64,000 nt of DNA, taken from positions 1-64,000 of the forward strand of contig JAQGDQ010001025.1 of NCBI GenBank assembly GCA_030141605.1, in the 5' to 3' direction. The position numbers were made by a program, and so were the translations under genes. Shown here in pieces: positions 1 to 12,800 of this stretch. The notes under the pieces were generated by a model that worked only from the letters and a program-made list of their open reading frames with translations, did no database searches and had not been told where the DNA came from. Origin of the DNA: Tubiluchus corallicola (lineage: Eukaryota; Animalia; Priapulida). The stretch's first letter is position 1; each line of letters starts with the position of its first letter.

Positions 1-3
1 TCC

Positions 4-97
<94 letters not shown>
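1..97. repeat. (CT)n microsatellite
   Basis: Pure CT dinucleotide run. Confidence 0.98.
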
Positions 98-98
<1 letters not shown>

Positions 99-294
99 GG
101 TTCACATAGATTAAGTGAATTTAATTTACTGTGAGAAGCTACTATGAAAGTAGAAGTACGTTGAATTATCTCTTTCAAAAGGGCTCAAAATTTGCAGCAC
201 AAGGGCCTACAAAATCAAAATGCGGTCCAGCCTGATGGTATTCACAGTAATAGTATAATAAATCATAATTTATCTAAACCATAAACAAAACTAT

Positions 295-3200
295 TCACCT
301 TTGATCATTTATGTTTGGAAGTTGTAAGAGAGGTCGTTCATTGCCTACCAGATCCTGTATGCTGGCTAAATGTGCAGGTCTTAACGGAAGAGGAGGAAGT
401 TCATCTATAGTTTGATAAAGACCATCGGGGTCATCGACGTCCAGTGGTGGATGTTCTTTTTGCCTGCGTCTGCAACATTTTTTGGAGATGTAAAAGTACA
501 GTAGCATTTTAGTTTTTGAGTCTGGAATATTGTAATAATCTGTTTTTGGTGTTGCCATAAAGAAAAATAACATATGGTTAAACATATGGTCTCTAGGTGC
601 TCGATTCTTGGAGCTGCTAACGTTGTTTTCTCTAAGTGCAATTACATAGCCTATTACTCTTCTGATTTCACTGTAAATACCTGTTTAAACTTGTTACTAT
701 TCTGAAGTCTCTGTAAATACCTTTTTTAACTTGTTACTATTCTGATTTCACTGTAAATACCTTTTTAAACTTGTTACTATTCTGAAGTCAATGTAAATAC
801 CTGTTTTAAATTGTTACTATTCTGAAGTCAATGTAAATACCTGTTTAAACTTGTTATTATTCTGAAGTCACCGCAAATACCTTTTTTAACTTGTTACTAT
901 TCTGATTTCACTGTAAATACCTGTTTTAACTTGTTACTATTCTGAAGTCACCATAAATACCTGTTTTAACTTGTTACTATTCTGAAGTCACCATAAATAC
1001 CTGTTTTAACTTGTTACTATTCTGAAGTCAATGTAAATACCTTTTTTAACATGTTACTATTCTGAAGTCAATGTAAATACCTGTTTTAACTTGTTACTAT
1101 TCTGAAGTCAATGTAAATACCTTTTTTAACTTGTTACTATTCTGATTTCACTGTAAATACCTGTTTTAACTTGTTACTATTCTGAAGTCAATGTAAATAA
1201 CTGTTTTAACTTGTTACTATTCTGATTTCCCTGTAAATACCTGTTTTAACTTGTTACTATTCTGAAGTCACTGTAAATACCTGTTTAACTTGTTACTATT
1301 CTGAAGTCACTGTAAATACCTGTTTAACTTGTTACTATTCTGAAGTCACTGTAAATACCTGCTTTAACTTGTTACTATTCTGAAGTCACTGTAAATACCT
1401 GTTTAACTTGTTACTATTCTGAAGTCACTGTAAATACCTGCTTTAACGTGTTACTATTCTGAAGTCACTGTCAATACATGCTTTAACGTGTTACTATTCT
1501 GATTTCACTGTAAATATCTGTTTTACCTTGTTACTATTCTGATTTCATTGTAAATACCTGTTTTAACTTGTTACTATTCTGATTTCCCTGTAAATACCTG
1601 TTTTAACTTGTTACTATTCTGAAGTCACTGTAAATACCTGTTTAACTTGTTACTATTCTGAAGTCACTGTAAATACCTGTTTAACTTGTTACTATTCTGA
1701 AGTCACTGTAAATACCTGTTTAACTTGTTACTATTCTGAAGTCACTGTAAATACCTGCTTTAACGTGTTACTATTCTGAAGTCACTGTCAATACATGCTT
1801 TAACGTGTTACTATTCTGATTTCACTGTAAATATCTGTTTTACCTTGTTACTATTCTGATTTCATTGTAAATACCAGATTTAACTTGTTACTATTCTGAT
1901 TTCACTATAAATACCTGATTTAACTTGTTACTATTCTGAAGTCACTGTAAATACCTGTTTAACTTGTTACTATTCTGAAGTCACTGTAAATACCTGTTTA
2001 ACTTGTTACTATTCTGAAGTCACTGTAAATACCTGCTTTAACTTGTTACTATTCTGAAGTCACTGTAAATACCTGTTTAACTTGTTACTATCCTGAAGTC
2101 ACTGTAAATACCTGCTTTAACGTGTTACTATTCTGAAGTCACTGTCAATACATGCTTTAACGTGTTACTATTCTGATTTCACTGTAAATATCTGTTTTAC
2201 CTTGTTACTATTCTGATTTCATTGTAAATACCTGTTTTAACTTGTTACTATTCTGATTTCCCTGTAAATACCTGTTTTAACTTGTTACTATTCTGAAGTC
2301 ACTGTAAATACCTGTTTAACTTGTTACTATTCTGAAGTCACTGTAAATACCTGTTTAACTTGTTACTATTCTGAAGTCACTGTAAATACCTGTTTAACTT
2401 GTTACTATTCTGAAGTCACTGTAAATACCTGCTTTAACGTGTTACTATTCTGAAGTCACTGTCAATACATGCTTTAACGTGTTACTATTCTGATTTCACT
2501 GTAAATATCTGTTTTACCTTGTTACTATTCTGATTTCATTGTAAATACCTGATTTAACTTGTTACTATTCTGATTTCACTATAAATACCTGATTTAACTT
2601 GTTACTATTGTGAAGTCACTGTAATTCCATGTCTTATTAGGTGTTGTACCTACCAGTTCAGTGGTGCTAACTTGTGACGTAGTGCACACGTTCGAGCAAA
2701 GTTGAAATTTGAATTTTAAACTTAAAAGTTGCCCAGTTTTTATGTATCATATTAAGTGCTGTTGAGAATTATGTTTAGTTCTTCATCACTAACTGCCCCC
2801 CCCCCCGGCCGTTAGTAAAGTTTTCAGCCTATTATTTGTTGTGGTTTAACCTTCGATTCGATGTGGCATCATCGTAGGTGTTGAAATGTATACTTTTTAC
2901 CGTATTTCTGAATGAGTAGGATATGAAAAATCATGCTCTTTTCTTTAAATGCCAGGTAAAGATGATAGTTTACATACTTACCTTCTTTTTATAACGCAGA
3001 TCAGAAGAAGAAGAGCCAGGAGAGTAACGATGCTGGCAATCACACCCCACGTTATTTTCTTGTTTTTCTTTTTCTCTTCGATTTTATCTACTCCTGCTTC
3101 TTCTAAAAAAGGTGGAATAGTGGCATGTGAAACAAAACAGTAAAGAGAGTTGCAATAAATCAGATGCACCAAAAACAAGATGGGAGTTGCAATAAATCAG

Positions 3201-6200
3201 ATGCACCAAAAAACAAGATGGGAGTTGCAATAAATCAGGCGCACCAAAACAAGAAGAAGAGAGTTGCAATAGATCAGACGCACCAAAAACAAGAAGAGAG
3301 TTGCAATAGATCAGATGCACAGAAACAAGAAGAGAGTTGCAATACATCAGACGCACCAAAAAGCAGAAGAGAGTTGCAATAGATCAGACGCACCAAAAAG
3401 AAGAAGAGAGTTGCAATAGATTAGACGCACAAAAAAGCAGAAAAGAGTTGCAATAGATCAGACGCACCAAAAACAAGAAGAGAGTTGCAATAGATCAGAC
3501 GCACCAAAAAGCAGAAGAGAGTTGCAATAGATCAGACGCACCAAAAAGAAGAAGAGAGTTGCAATAGATCAGATGCACCAAAAACAAGAAGAGAGTTGCA
3601 ATAGATCAGACGCACCAAAAAGAAGAAGATAGTTGCAATAGATTAGACGCACAAAAAAGCAGAAAAGAGTTGCAATAGATCAGACGCACCAAAAACAAGA
3701 AGAGAGTTGCAATAGATCAGACGCACCAAAAAGCAGAAGAGAGTTGCAATAGATCAGACGCACCAAAAAGAAGAAGAGAGTTGCAATAGATCAGACGCAC
3801 CAAAAAGAAGAAGAGAGTTGCAATAGATCAGACGCACCAAAAAGCAGAAGAGAGTTGCAATAGATCAGACGCACCAAAAAGAAGAAGAGAGTTGCAATAG
3901 ATCAGACGCACCAAAAAGAAGAAGAGAGTTGCAATAGATCAGACGCACCAAAAAGAAGAAGAGAGTTGCAATAGATCAGACGCACCAAAAAGAAGAAGAG
4001 AGTTGCAATAGATCAGACGCACCAAAAAGAAGAAGAAGTTGCAATAGATCAGACGCATCAAAAAGCAGAAGAGAGTTGCAATAGATCAGACGCACCAAAA
4101 AGAAGAAGAGAGTTGCAATAGATCAGACGCACCAAAAACAAGAAGAGAGTTGCAATAGATCAGACGCACCAAAAAGAAGAAGAGAGTTGCAATAGATCAG
4201 ACGCACCAAAAAGAAGAAGAGAGTTGCAATAGATCAGACGCACCAAAAAGAAGAAGAGTTGCAATAGATCAGACGCACCAAAAAGCAGAAGAGAGTTGCA
4301 ATAGATCAGACGCACCAAAAAGAAGAAGAGAGTTGCAATAGATCAGACGCACCAAAAAGAAGAAGAGTTGCAATAGATCAGACGCACCAAAAAGAAGAAG
4401 AGAGTTGCAATAGATCAGACGCACCAAAAAGAAGAAGAGAGTTGCAATAGATCAGACGCACCAAAAACAAGAAGAGAGTTGCAATAGATCAGACGCACCA
4501 AAAACAAGAAGAGAGTTGCAATAGATCAGACGCACCAAAAAGAAGAAGAGAGTTGCAATAGATCAGACGCACAAAAAAGCAGAAGAGAGTTGCAATAGAT
4601 CAGACGCACCAAAAACAAGAAGAGAGTTGCAATAGATCAGACGCACCAAAAAGCAGAAGAGAGTTGCAATAGATCAGACGCACCAAAAAGAAGAAGAGAG
4701 TTGCAATAGATCAGACGCACCAAAAAGAAGAAGAGAGTTGCAATAGATCAGACGCACCAAAAAGAAGAAGAAGTTGCAATAGATCAGACGCACAAAAAAG
4801 CAGAAAAGAGTTGCAATAGATCAGACGCACCAAAAACAAGAAGAGAGTTGCAATAGATCAGACGCACCAAAAAGCAGAAGAGAGTTGCAATAGATCAGAC
4901 GCACCAAAAAGAAGAAGAGAGTTGCAATAGATCAGACGCACCAAAAAGAAGAAGAGAGTTGCAATAGATCAGACGCACCAAAAAGAAGAAGAGAGTTGCA
5001 ATAGATCAGACGCACCAAAAACAAGAAGAGAGTTGCAATAGATCAGACGCACCAAAAACAAGAAGAGAGTTGCAATAGATCAGACGCACCAAAAAGAAGA
5101 AGAGAGTTGCAGATCAGACGCACCAAAAAGAAGAGAGTTGCAATAGATCAGACGCACCAAAAGAAGAAGTTGCAATAGATCAGACGCACAAAAGCAGAAG
5201 AGAGTTGCAATAGATCAGACGCACCAAAAAAAAAAGAAGAAGAGAGTTGCAATAGACAGACGCACCAAAAAGAAAAACAAAACAACCACAAAAGAAGAAA
5301 AAGATCAGACGCACAAAAGAAGAAGAGAGTTGCAATAGATCAGACGCACCAAAAAGAAGAAGAGAGTTGCAATAGATCAGACGCACCAAAAAGAAGAAGA
5401 GAGTTGCAATAGATCAGACGCACCAAAAAGAAGAAGAGAGTTGCAATAGATCAGACGCACCAAAAAGAAGAAGAGTTGCAATAGATCAGACGCATCAAAA
5501 AGCAGAAGAGAGTTGCAATAGATCAGACGCACCAAAAAGAAGAAGAGAGTTGCAATAGATCAGACGCACCAAAAAGAAGAAGAGAGTTGCAATAGATCAG
5601 ACGCACCAAAAAGAAGAAGAGAGTTGCAATAGATCAGACGCACCAAAAAGAAGAAGAGAGTTGCAATAGATCAGATGCACCAAAAACAAGAAGAGAGTTG
5701 CAATAGATCAGACGCACCAAAAACAAGAAGAGAGTTGCAATAGATCAGACGCACCAAAAACAAGAAGAGAGTTGCAATAGATCAGACGCACCAAAAACAA
5801 GAAGAGAGTTGCAATAGATCAGACGCACCAAAAACAAGAAGAGAGTTGCAATAGATCAGACGCACCAAAAACAAGAAGAAAGTTGCAATAGATCAGACGC
5901 ACCAAAAACAAGAAGAAAGTTGCAATAGTCAAGTCAACTTGTCACAAATGCATGAATGAGCTCTTGCCCCAAGTTGTTTGTCAAGAAAATATCTCACTAT
6001 CAACTCTATCAAGAATGTCTCACTAAAACCACATCTACTAAAAAGGCTTAACTTGCTGTGTGACAGATTTCTCACAGCATGAACTACAGCGAGTTTTGTT
6101 TTCAGGGGGTCTTTTCTTGGGGCATCCGCAAGAGGTTCAGTAAAAAAAATCAAACTTACGACAACTGGAAGGATTTAGCTGCATCCAAGCAGCAGACGTC

Positions 6201-9200
6201 TGATTGCAAACGCAAGTCATGGCAGAGTCTCCAACCAGGAAGCCAGATTTACAAAACAGATCCACTTTGGTGTTGCACATGCAGTAAGATGACGAACAAT
6301 TAGTCACAGACCAAATGTACTTGATGGCAGTGACATCTGTCTCGTCAGCTTCTGGAACAACTTCGCATCCCACTGAAACAAAAGATACAACTGGCAGCAA
6401 CTTGGCTAGAGTTTCAGGGACAAGAAAACACTTTTCATAAGTGATTCGTCTTGAAATTGTTAGGTAACTTGCTATCTTATTGCATGCAGAGCTTGCGTTA
6501 TGAGTATCGCTGAGCAAAACTTGTAAATTTAAACTCGTGCGATGACCGTTAGGCGCAGCCATTTTGTGGCAAAGTCATTTGTAATATGTTTAGATAGCAT
6601 TATAAAGTTTAAATAAATAATCACAGCCTTCGTATAGCGCACTCTTCACTAACTAAGCAAAAGTTTATATTACAGTCAGACTTCGGTTTTCGTCCATAAC
6701 TCGTTCCTAAAAAGTGTTTAAAAACCGATTTGGCTGAGTACCGAATCATTTATTCCCGTAAGAAATAATGTAAAAGCAAATAATCCATTCTCAAGCACTA
6801 AATGAACTGTAAAGTATTACTAAAATGAAATATAATAATGCAAAAAAGCTTATTCAAACAGTAGATGTGATATTATTGATAAGAAAAACATAATAGAATT
6901 ACTTAGAAAGAAAAACATAATTATTCCTGCATGAAAAAACCTTACGTGTTGGCAGCAGTGTGATGGTATACGTAAGCAAGAGCATAAACACGTGTGTGAC
7001 TGACTACCTTCGGGCGCAGTCGGTTACGCTCGGCTCTACTCGGCTCGCCGCGCATGCGTTCATCACGTGCTTGGCGGTTGGTCGAGTACCGAAATTCTGG
7101 TCGAGAACGGAGACAATTTCAACTCGAATATTCTGGTGGTAAACCGATTTGTACGAGTACTGAGACGTTCGAAAACCGAGGTATGACTGTACTTTATATT
7201 GTCAATAATGTGTTTTTGGTGAACAAGTGATGTACACTGGGATGGTGACTCAGTGTTGTTTTAACAAGGGAGCGAATGTCTTTATTTCTTCAAACATGTA
7301 AGGTTAATGCCAACCATGAAAAGTTCTTTAGGATATATTTCAAAATTCCCCTTTCTTCCCTTTTAACGGAAAACCGGATGATTGTTTAAACATTATCTCA
7401 GAACAAAAAATGCTCTAAAATATTGGAAACTACAATAGCTTTTTTTAAATCAAAGCCTAGATTAAATAATAATTACCTCGGATACTCGAATTTCGTTAAA
7501 CTTTCAAAGCTACGCGCGGCTTAGTGAATCTACTAAGATTGGCAGCGTCATCTTTTTGTCACGTGCGTGTGGCCAACAAATAGAAGGCGGTACCGTGATA
7601 AGCATGATCATGAACTGCCGTGTAAGTTTCTGACGTCATACGACGTAGAGCCCATTTTCGTGACGTCATGTTTTTAAGCAGTAACACTTGAGCAAACGTG
7701 CTTGATGCCCAAGGGAAGATGCTTGCCATTCCACAAACTGTGGTTAGTTTCTGACGTAACCAATAGCTGTGTTCGGTTGCCCTTAATTAACTTCCTAAGC
7801 TGATTATTCAAATATAAGAAACAATTGCTAGTTTTTTAGGCAAGAAAATGTATATTTTGCACAATAAGTTAAAATGAAATTGGGTCTAAATAATCGTCCC
7901 GTCTTCCTTTAAGATAATGACTACGGACACCTTGCATCGCATATATTCTGATATAAATAAACAGAGAAACCACAAAACTTACAACAAGTTGCAGGGTTTT
8001 CCTGCACCCACAATGCAGTAGACGTCCCATTACAAACGCACGTCATGAAGGGATCTCCAGTGAGGAAAGCAGAGCTACAGGACAAATCCACTTTGGTGTC
8101 ACACATACAGTGTGAAGATGAACAGTTTGTCCTAGACCAGATATAATTAACATTCGTTTCATCAACGTTGTTAGATTCCGGAAGTATTTCACATCCCACT
8201 AAAAAAGAAAGTGCCAGAGAGTATATGCTTCTCAAAAAGAAGTTTGTTAACAGGGCCTATACCCTAAATTTTCCTTCGTTACTTTATAAAACAGACTATG
8301 TAGCATGCCTATTGATCATAGGCCTAAAGTTTTTTGGCGGTATCAATAACAGTAGTGTTGCAGGTGCAAATGTTTTGATCCATTACCTCTTCTCAAGGTA
8401 GTATATGCATTAGAAGCCACAATATATTAGACTGTAGCTCAATCTCTAGACTACTTTTTCTACTCTGACATTGTATAGGTGGAACTTGTTAAGTACACAC
8501 ATCTCTGTTACATTTAAAAATTAACTTATAATTATACTGCTTCCTTTTACTGACATTCTGGCTTTTTCTCGACTCAATATTGGACCAACAATGTATGTAT
8601 ACATTTTTAGCTTTTTAGTGTAACGTAGTAATCTGTAGCACTTATTTCCTAGCACTTTTATTTCAGTAGATTTGTAGATGTAGTAATTGTAGACTACAGA
8701 AAATTTGTATTTTTGCAGAATAAACTAACATAGATATGGGAACGCAACTTTCGTTTGAGCGTATACATTACAAGTAGTACGCTGTACATTGTTGGGCCCT
8801 CAGTCCAAAAGGAGTATGCTGTACAAGACAAAAAGGAAAGCTTTGACACCCCTTTCTTAACATTGTCATCAAGGACCTTATTCGTTTAAATACACAATTC
8901 AGAAACTGAATTTTGCCTTCATTACGTAGTAGAGTCTTGGGTTTCAATAACCGTCCAAAACACAGTTGTCTAAAAAAAACTGCTTCCGTATAATGACTAT
9001 ACTCAAGTCACAAGATGTGGAACATTTCAGTTCCAATACGAACTTCGAACACCTAATTCTTGCTCTATTAAGAATACTCCTGCAATGTAAAAACGAAATA
9101 GCAACATCAATATTCACTTTGAAATATTAGCATTCAAATTATGCCTGCATAGACTTTAGGCCTGCATAATTATGACCTTGTACATTTTAAATAAAAATTG

Positions 9201-9792
9201 CTATTAAAAAGTGCTATATTGTTATTAATTAATTACGAGTTACACTGCTGTTAAAATGAACAGCAAATGGGTTATATGGAACCAGTGTGAGACAGAAAAA
9301 AGGCCGTAATATAATTATCAGAAAAAAGTGCTGATTTCTGAAATTTTCTACGAACTGTATTTTATCGGTTTTCTTGACAACTGTCCACTGTAACTTTGTT
9401 AAACACCAATAAAGTTTCGAAGATTAAATTATTAGCTTCTGCTAGTTTATATTCATCAAATTTTACGAAACTTTTCGTTATAATAAAACATAAAAGATTT
9501 TTCAACAAAAAGTAAAAATTGACATCACAACATACAGCATGCGGGTATGGCTTCAGTCCATTCCCCAACCTGACCGTTATCACAGTTACATGACGCTGGT
9601 CTACTTCCAATTAACGAATAGCCATGAGCACAGGTAAATGTAGTTTGGCTTCCACAGGGACAGGTTGTTTCACTGCAATTGCTACCTGGCGTTACTGTGA
9701 GGTGTTCAGGTAATTGCTGTTGTTGAACTGAATGACAGCCAACTAGAAATGAAAAGCAAACGGTTAAGGGTCTCTCTCTCCCTCCCCCCCTT

Positions 9793-9879
<87 letters not shown>

Positions 9880-12800
9880 GTCTCTCTCTCTCTCCCGCTC
9901 TCTCTCTTTCCCCTCTCTCTCTGTCCCTCTCTCTCTTTCTCTGTTTCCCACTTCTCTCCCCCTCTCTGTCTCTCTCCCCCTCTCTATCTCACTCTTTCTT
10001 TCCCACTTCTCTCCCTCTCTCTCTCTCTCTCTCTCTCCCTCCCCCTCTCTCTCTCCCTCCCTCTCTCTCTCTCACTTCCTCCCTCTCTCTGTCTCTCTCT
10101 TCCTATCTCTCTCTCTCTCCCTCTCTCTTTCTCACTTCTCTCCCTCTCGCTGTCTCTCTTTCACTATCTCTCTCTTCCCCCTCTCCCTCTCTATCTGTCT
10201 CTTTCTCTCCGTTTCTCTCTCCCCCTCTCTCTACCTCTGTTTCTCTTGTCTTTTGAATACTGAGCACTCATGTAGCACAAATACGTGAAAACTTGAAAGT
10301 TTCAATAGTTTCTGCGTACTTCGTACATTGCTATGTAATAGACAAAAATCAATCAATCGAACAAACGAACGAACAAACAAACAAACAAACAGTGTTGAAG
10401 CATAACATCCTTTGCAGAGGTAAAAATAACTAAAATAATTGTCCCTTGCAGTAACCCTAAAAGCTATAATTTGCAAGTGTGCGTTTTTCCTAGTTTTCTA
10501 TTTGAGCCCTTTTTTCTATGCCACTTTTACCGTGTCATTTTTACCTGTGCCATTTTTACTGTGCACATTTTTGTGTGATTTTATTCCTGGCTTGTTGTTG
10601 TTATGCTATATGAGATCGTATACTGTTGTGGTATTGGTGAATAGGTCAATAAACTTTCACTACCTAAGTAACCATTCTATCATTAAACATTGGATCTTAC
10701 CATTTGCAGTGTCACCACAGATAATGCTCAGATCATCTATATTCCAATTCTGCAACATTGCTTTTGCCACTTCGTCTACACATTGCTTTGCAGCGTCTAT
10801 GCCTTCTGGTGTAGTCATAGTCGAGCAATTGGCCTTGTAGTAGAGGGTCCACTCTGCTATGTTAATCTCAACGTCGCTCATATCTCGAAACTCTTCACAG
10901 ACACCTTCAGACACCACTTCCCAAGGTGCTGGTCTCTCCCCGGTAATGTAGTTGTTTCGCAGTTCTGGAATGGGAAATTTACGTGAAAGATGCGAACATT
11001 AACAAAACAGAATACCTTTTTGGGTTTCGAATTCAATTTTATAAAAAACTAGAAGTTGTTTGAGGTGTGAACATAAGAACGAGGAGTGAAAAAGGAGTGA
11101 GCATCAAACGTTCCAGTTCGATTCAAACCTAAAATTTAATTATAGATTCGAATAATTCAGCACTTCAGCCACATACGTTCTCGTTAAAATGTTTGAAACA
11201 GCATGTAATTAGCACAATTTAGCTGCAGTTTCTGTGCAAAATTTTTAACAAACTAATAGTGGTTTTACTGCAGAACAAAATCGAGCAATATGCATGGTCT
11301 TTGTAAGATACTTTTTACTAATGGTTCGAAAACTGATTCGAAAATCTTCCAAACTCAATTCGAATTCGATTCGGATTCGAATAGTAAAATTCGGTTCGAT
11401 TCGATTTGAATTCGCTTTCTGGTAGAGAATGCTCACCCCCTATTGTTAAAATGAGCTTTGCAATTTATTACTTTAGAACTGACATGGAGCTGCAGCTCAC
11501 TTTTTAAAACAAATTCAGACCGATTTGAAAGTCCATAAAGTACATTTAAAACATGCATTGTCTTTATGGGAGATATCATTCTCCACCAAAAAGCAAATTC
11601 AAGTCGAATCGAATTTGTCACTTTCGAACTTGATTCAAACTTAATTTCCAGAATTCGAATCAGATTCGAATTCGAATTCAGTTTTACAGGTTTTTGAACC
11701 GTTAATAGAACGCAGTCCCACAAAGATGGTGCATATTACTTGATTTTATTTTGCAGCAAAGCGCTAGTAACACGTTTGTTATGCATTTCTGTTTCTCTTT
11801 ACATTCTCATGTGACTCTATTCTTCATTTTCACCATCATCTCTCTTGCATTGTCATTTCCTCACCCTTGCTACCACCCTTGTATTTCATTTTTTTCCTTT
11901 TTTATCCTGCTCCCTTTACATCTTCTCTTTTCATTTTGCCTTCTCTCAGTCCTGTGCAACTTGGCCTGGGTCGTTACATTAATTCACGGTGAATTTAAAT
12001 TTTGTTTATTTGTCGTAGTAACAGAAGATGTAACAATGTTGCATTATTATTGGCATTTTGGAAATAAACTAAACTAAACTATGCACAGAAGTTGCAGCTA
12101 AACTGTATTGATTGCATGATGTTTCAAGCATCTTAATCATGAAAAACGTATGTAGTTGAAGTGCTGATTATTCGAATCTATAATTTTAGGTTAGGATGAG
12201 ATACAAACTAAAAACGCTCGTTCGAACTCGAACGATCGATGCTCACCCCAAACTGTCTTTATATTTTCGAAGTTGTCCCTTATGTGTAGGTCGCGTACAC
12301 CGATTTAGACAACGCGCTTGGTGCTTTCGTATCTAAATCTGTGGTCGGGGAGTACTGTAGCAGAGTAACACGCGTTGATAATTGAATTTATTCGAATTGA
12401 ATTTCAACTTCAAGTTTTTGTCAGTTAGACTAATGGAATTGTAAATTTGCACGTGGCGGTTTCAGTTATAGCGACATTTTAATTATTTTCGCAAATAAAA
12501 ATGATTAAAATTAGAATGTGGCTTAATGACTTTAAATAGTTCAGTCTAATGCCGTGTGTGTGTTTTAATAGACTACCTAGACAGTAAAAAAAAACACATT
12601 TTTTTCACAATGTATGTTTCATTTAAACCGGTAGCTGAGATATTGGTTTTTGCGTGACATTTGCGTAAAATTAATGAACACAGACATTTAACGTCATCAA
12701 AGCACTTGACAGATTCAGCATACCTGCACAGTCGTAAACTTTGGAGCTTGGATACCACTGAAGACCATTAGCGCCGGGTTGACATTGATACAGTCCGGAT

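Noticed and set aside
3143-5928. ~36-bp repeats resembling a CRISPR array
   Set aside because: Units are contiguous with no unique spacers, there are no cas genes, and the array lies in a spliceosomal intron.
9749-10288. 179-aa Ser/Leu ORF (also ORFs at 15683-16127 and 21112-21510)
   Set aside because: Translations of microsatellites.
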